The position numbers were made by a program, and so were the translations under genes. Shown one piece after another: positions 61,425 to 64,000 of a stretch of DNA of 64,000 nucleotides. The notes beneath the pieces are model-generated. The model was not told where the DNA came from and did not search any database. It saw only the letters and a program-made list of their open reading frames with translations. This stretch comes from Cetorhinus maximus. Lineage: Eukaryota. The stretch covers positions 24,118,001 to 24,182,000 of the forward strand of contig NC_135901.1 of NCBI RefSeq assembly GCF_964194155.1. The letters are read 5' to 3'. Numbering within the stretch: position 1 is the stretch's first letter; each line of letters begins with the position of its first letter.

Positions 61425-62930
61425 GGTGACTGCTGAAATGAACTCCATGTGATATCAAGAAAGAGCTAAATACACTGGATACTGCAACGGCTATGGGCCC
61501 AGACAATATTCCAGCAATAGCACTGAAGACTTGTGCTCCAGAACTTTCTGCATCCCCAGCCAAGCTGTTCCAGTACAGCTACAACACTGGCATCCATCTG
61601 GCAATGAGGAAAATTCCCCAGGTATTTCCTGTACACAAAATGCAGGACAAATCGAACCCATACAATTACCACCCCATCAGTCTCCAGCCCCAATAATCTG
61701 GTCATTGTTGCCCAGTTTGGGTTCCGCCAGGGCCACTCAGCTCCTGACCACATTACAGCCTTGGTTCAAACATGGACAAAAGAGCTGAACTCCCGAGGTG
61801 AGGTGAGTGACTGTCCTTGACATCACAGCCGCATTTGACCGAGTGTGGCATCAGGTACCCCTAGTGAAACTGGAGTCAACGGGAATCGGGGAAAACTCTC
61901 TGTTGGTTGGAGTCATACCTAGCACAAAGGAAGTTGGTTGTTGTTGTTGGAGGTCAGTCATCTCAGGACATTACTGCCGGTTGGGCTTCGGACACTACCT
62001 CAGTGGCTAAATCAATGACCTTCCTTCCATCACAAGGTCAGAAATGGGGAGGTTCACTGATGACTGCACAATGTTCAGCACCATTTGCGACTCCTCAGAT
62101 ATTGAAGCAGTCAATGTTCAAATGCAGAAAGACCTGGACAATATCCAAGCTTGACTGACAAGTGGGAAGTAACATTCGCACACACAAGTACCAGGCAATT
62201 ACCATCCCCAACAAGAGAGAATCTAACCATCACCCCTTTACATTCAATGGCATTACCATTGCTGAATCCCCCACTATCAACATCCTGGGGGCTACCATTG
62301 AGCAAGAACTGAACAAGATTAGCCATACAAATACTGTGGCTACAAGAGCAGGTCAGAGGCTAGGAATCCTGTGGCAATAACTCACCTCTTGATTCCATCA
62401 TCTACAAGACACAAGTCAGGACTGTGATGGGATACTCTCCACTTGCCTGAATTAGTACAGCGCCCACAACACTCAAGAAGCTTAACGCCATCCAGGACAA
62501 AGCAGCCCACTGGATTGGAACCCCATCCACAAACATTCACTCCCTCCACCACTGACGCACAGTAGCAGAAGTGTGTATCATCTACAAGATGCATTGCAAG
62601 AACGCACCAAGGCTCCTTAGACAGCACCTTCTAAACCCAAGACCACTACCATCTAAAAGGGCAGGGACAACAGATCCCTAGGAAACACCACCACCTGGAA
62701 CTTCCCATCCAAGCTACTCACCATCCTGACTTGGAAATAGACTGCCGTTCCTTCGCTGTCGCTGGGTCAAAATCCTGGAACTCCCTCCCTAAAAGCATTG
62801 TAGCTACACCACATTGACTGCAGTCGTTCAAGAAGCAGCTTACCTCCACCTTCTCAAAGGCAATTAGGGATGGGCAACAAATGCTGGCCTAGCCAGCGAC
62901 GCCCATATCCCTTGAATGAATTTAAAAAAA
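61425..62930 (+). mobile_element. LINE family B copy (RT to 3' end)
   Basis: GPDNIPAIALKTCAPEL, LDITAAFDRVWHQ, RAGQRLG; tail ggcaattagggatgggcaacaaatgctggcc. Confidence 0.9.
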
Positions 62931-63009
62931 GATTGTGAAACTAACAACCAGAAGGATTTGTGATTCCCTCCTGAGCTGGAAATTCTTAGATAAAACCCCA
63001 CCGTGCAAA

Positions 63010-63325
63010 GATAATTTGAAAGCTGAATGTGGAAAAGGATTTACTCAGTCATCCAACTTACTGACGCAACAGCACATTCACATTTGAGGGAGGAGAATCA
63101 GACACATTGTGTGCAAAGGCATTCACTCAGTTTGCCCCCTGGTTAACACTCCAACTTTAGAAACTCTTTTGATCTACGTCTAGTCCATTCTTATTGGCGA
63201 GGGATAGTTTAACTCTTATGTCTATGGGAAAAAAATCACTTGTTCAGTGATGTGGACTCCAGTGAGTCCACATCTAATTGTAAGGGTTCGTTCTGCTGTT
63301 AATCACACCCAGGACAGAACTATGG
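63010..63325 (+). pseudogene. Highly degenerate ZNF remnant
   Basis: [19 protein letters not shown]-like piece and ctgctgttaatcacacccaggac 3' block. Confidence 0.55.
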
Positions 63326-63489
63326 TGGAGGGCCTGTGCTCTTTAGTTGTATCAGTTGATTTAGTAAATTTGTAACTTGGACAAATGGCTCCAATTGTAA
63401 TTGGAATTCTGTTCGCAAATCACAATGTTCAATTCAACAATGTCTGATCTCAATGGCCTGGCTCTGACCCAGCATTCACTGCGAGTAGG

Positions 63490-63810
63490 AATGTGCCCTA
63501 TCCTCACGACAGGAGCGCCTTGCGCAGGCGCAGCTCCCGGCTGAGAGTAGAGCATGCGCAGTACAGGCTGTCAGTGGCGCTGCAAGGAACGGGGAAGAAA
63601 CAATCGAGTGCAGTTGAGTAATGGAGTCGGTGGGTGAGCGGGGAGGATTAGAGCCAGCGGAATGGGCGGGGGGCTTTATACCACGTGGTGGCTTGGAACC
63701 CCGAATAAAAAGTTACCGGTCCCGCATTAGCACTGAAAGGTCTATGAGCTGCGAGGCGCCTTCAGCTCACAGGCCCCGTACAGCAGGGCGCATGCGCTGT
63801 GATCCTGGAT
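63490..63810 (+). promoter_or_regulatory. ZNF promoter-like module 7 (gene presumably beyond the window)
   Basis: TGCGCAGGCGCA ~63521, GCATGCGCA ~63552, GGGCGG, GCGCATGCGC ~63788. Confidence 0.6.
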
Positions 63811-63877
63811 CAGGAGACAGGCAGAGTGGGTTGCTAATCTTCCAGGATTGGACTGGAGTCTCCAGGAGCTGAAGATC

Positions 63878-64000
63878 AATAACAAAAACAAAAATACCTG
63901 GATAAACTCAGCAGGTCTGGCAGCATCTGTGGAAGGGAGCACAGTTAACGTTTCGAATCCGCATGACTCTTCAACAGAACTGAGAAAAAATAGAAAAGGG
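63878..64000 (-). mobile_element. Penelope terminal repeat with CUGUUGA hammerhead-like motif (63943-63981)
   Basis: Minus strand AGTT CTGTTGA AGAGTC ATGCG GATTC GAAAC GTT AACT. Confidence 0.85.

Overview
Eukaryotic, repeat-dense DNA. Its CR1, L2, RTE, Penelope and Deu-SINE-type repeats and its MEKPWKC-type zinc-finger genes point to a cartilaginous fish (inference). The core is a birth-and-death cluster of tandem C2H2 zinc-finger (ZNF) genes with no recognisable KRAB, SCAN, BTB or SET domain. Three have long ORFs (10068-11522 +, 31692-32930 -, 42715-43650 -). Four full-length paralogs are disrupted (13.3k, 18.1k, 23.9k, 53.8k) and several remnants remain. Seven copies of a CpG-rich promoter-like module (NRF1-, YY1-, CCAAT- and GC-box motifs) accompany the genes, with shared acceptor and 3' blocks. 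The most notable structures: (1) many short Penelope terminal-repeat pieces carrying minimal hammerhead-ribozyme motifs, most with 8-17 bp target-site duplications (TSDs), including a subfamily with a variant CUGUUGA core; (2) a 3-kb head-to-head Penelope insertion with a 14-bp TSD whose empty site is in a paralogous block; (3) an inverted segmental duplication; (4) repeated CGA>TGA stops in the fingers; (5) a solo LTR splitting a hammerhead. Coordinates were read by eye, repeat boundaries are approximate, and no searches or folding were run.
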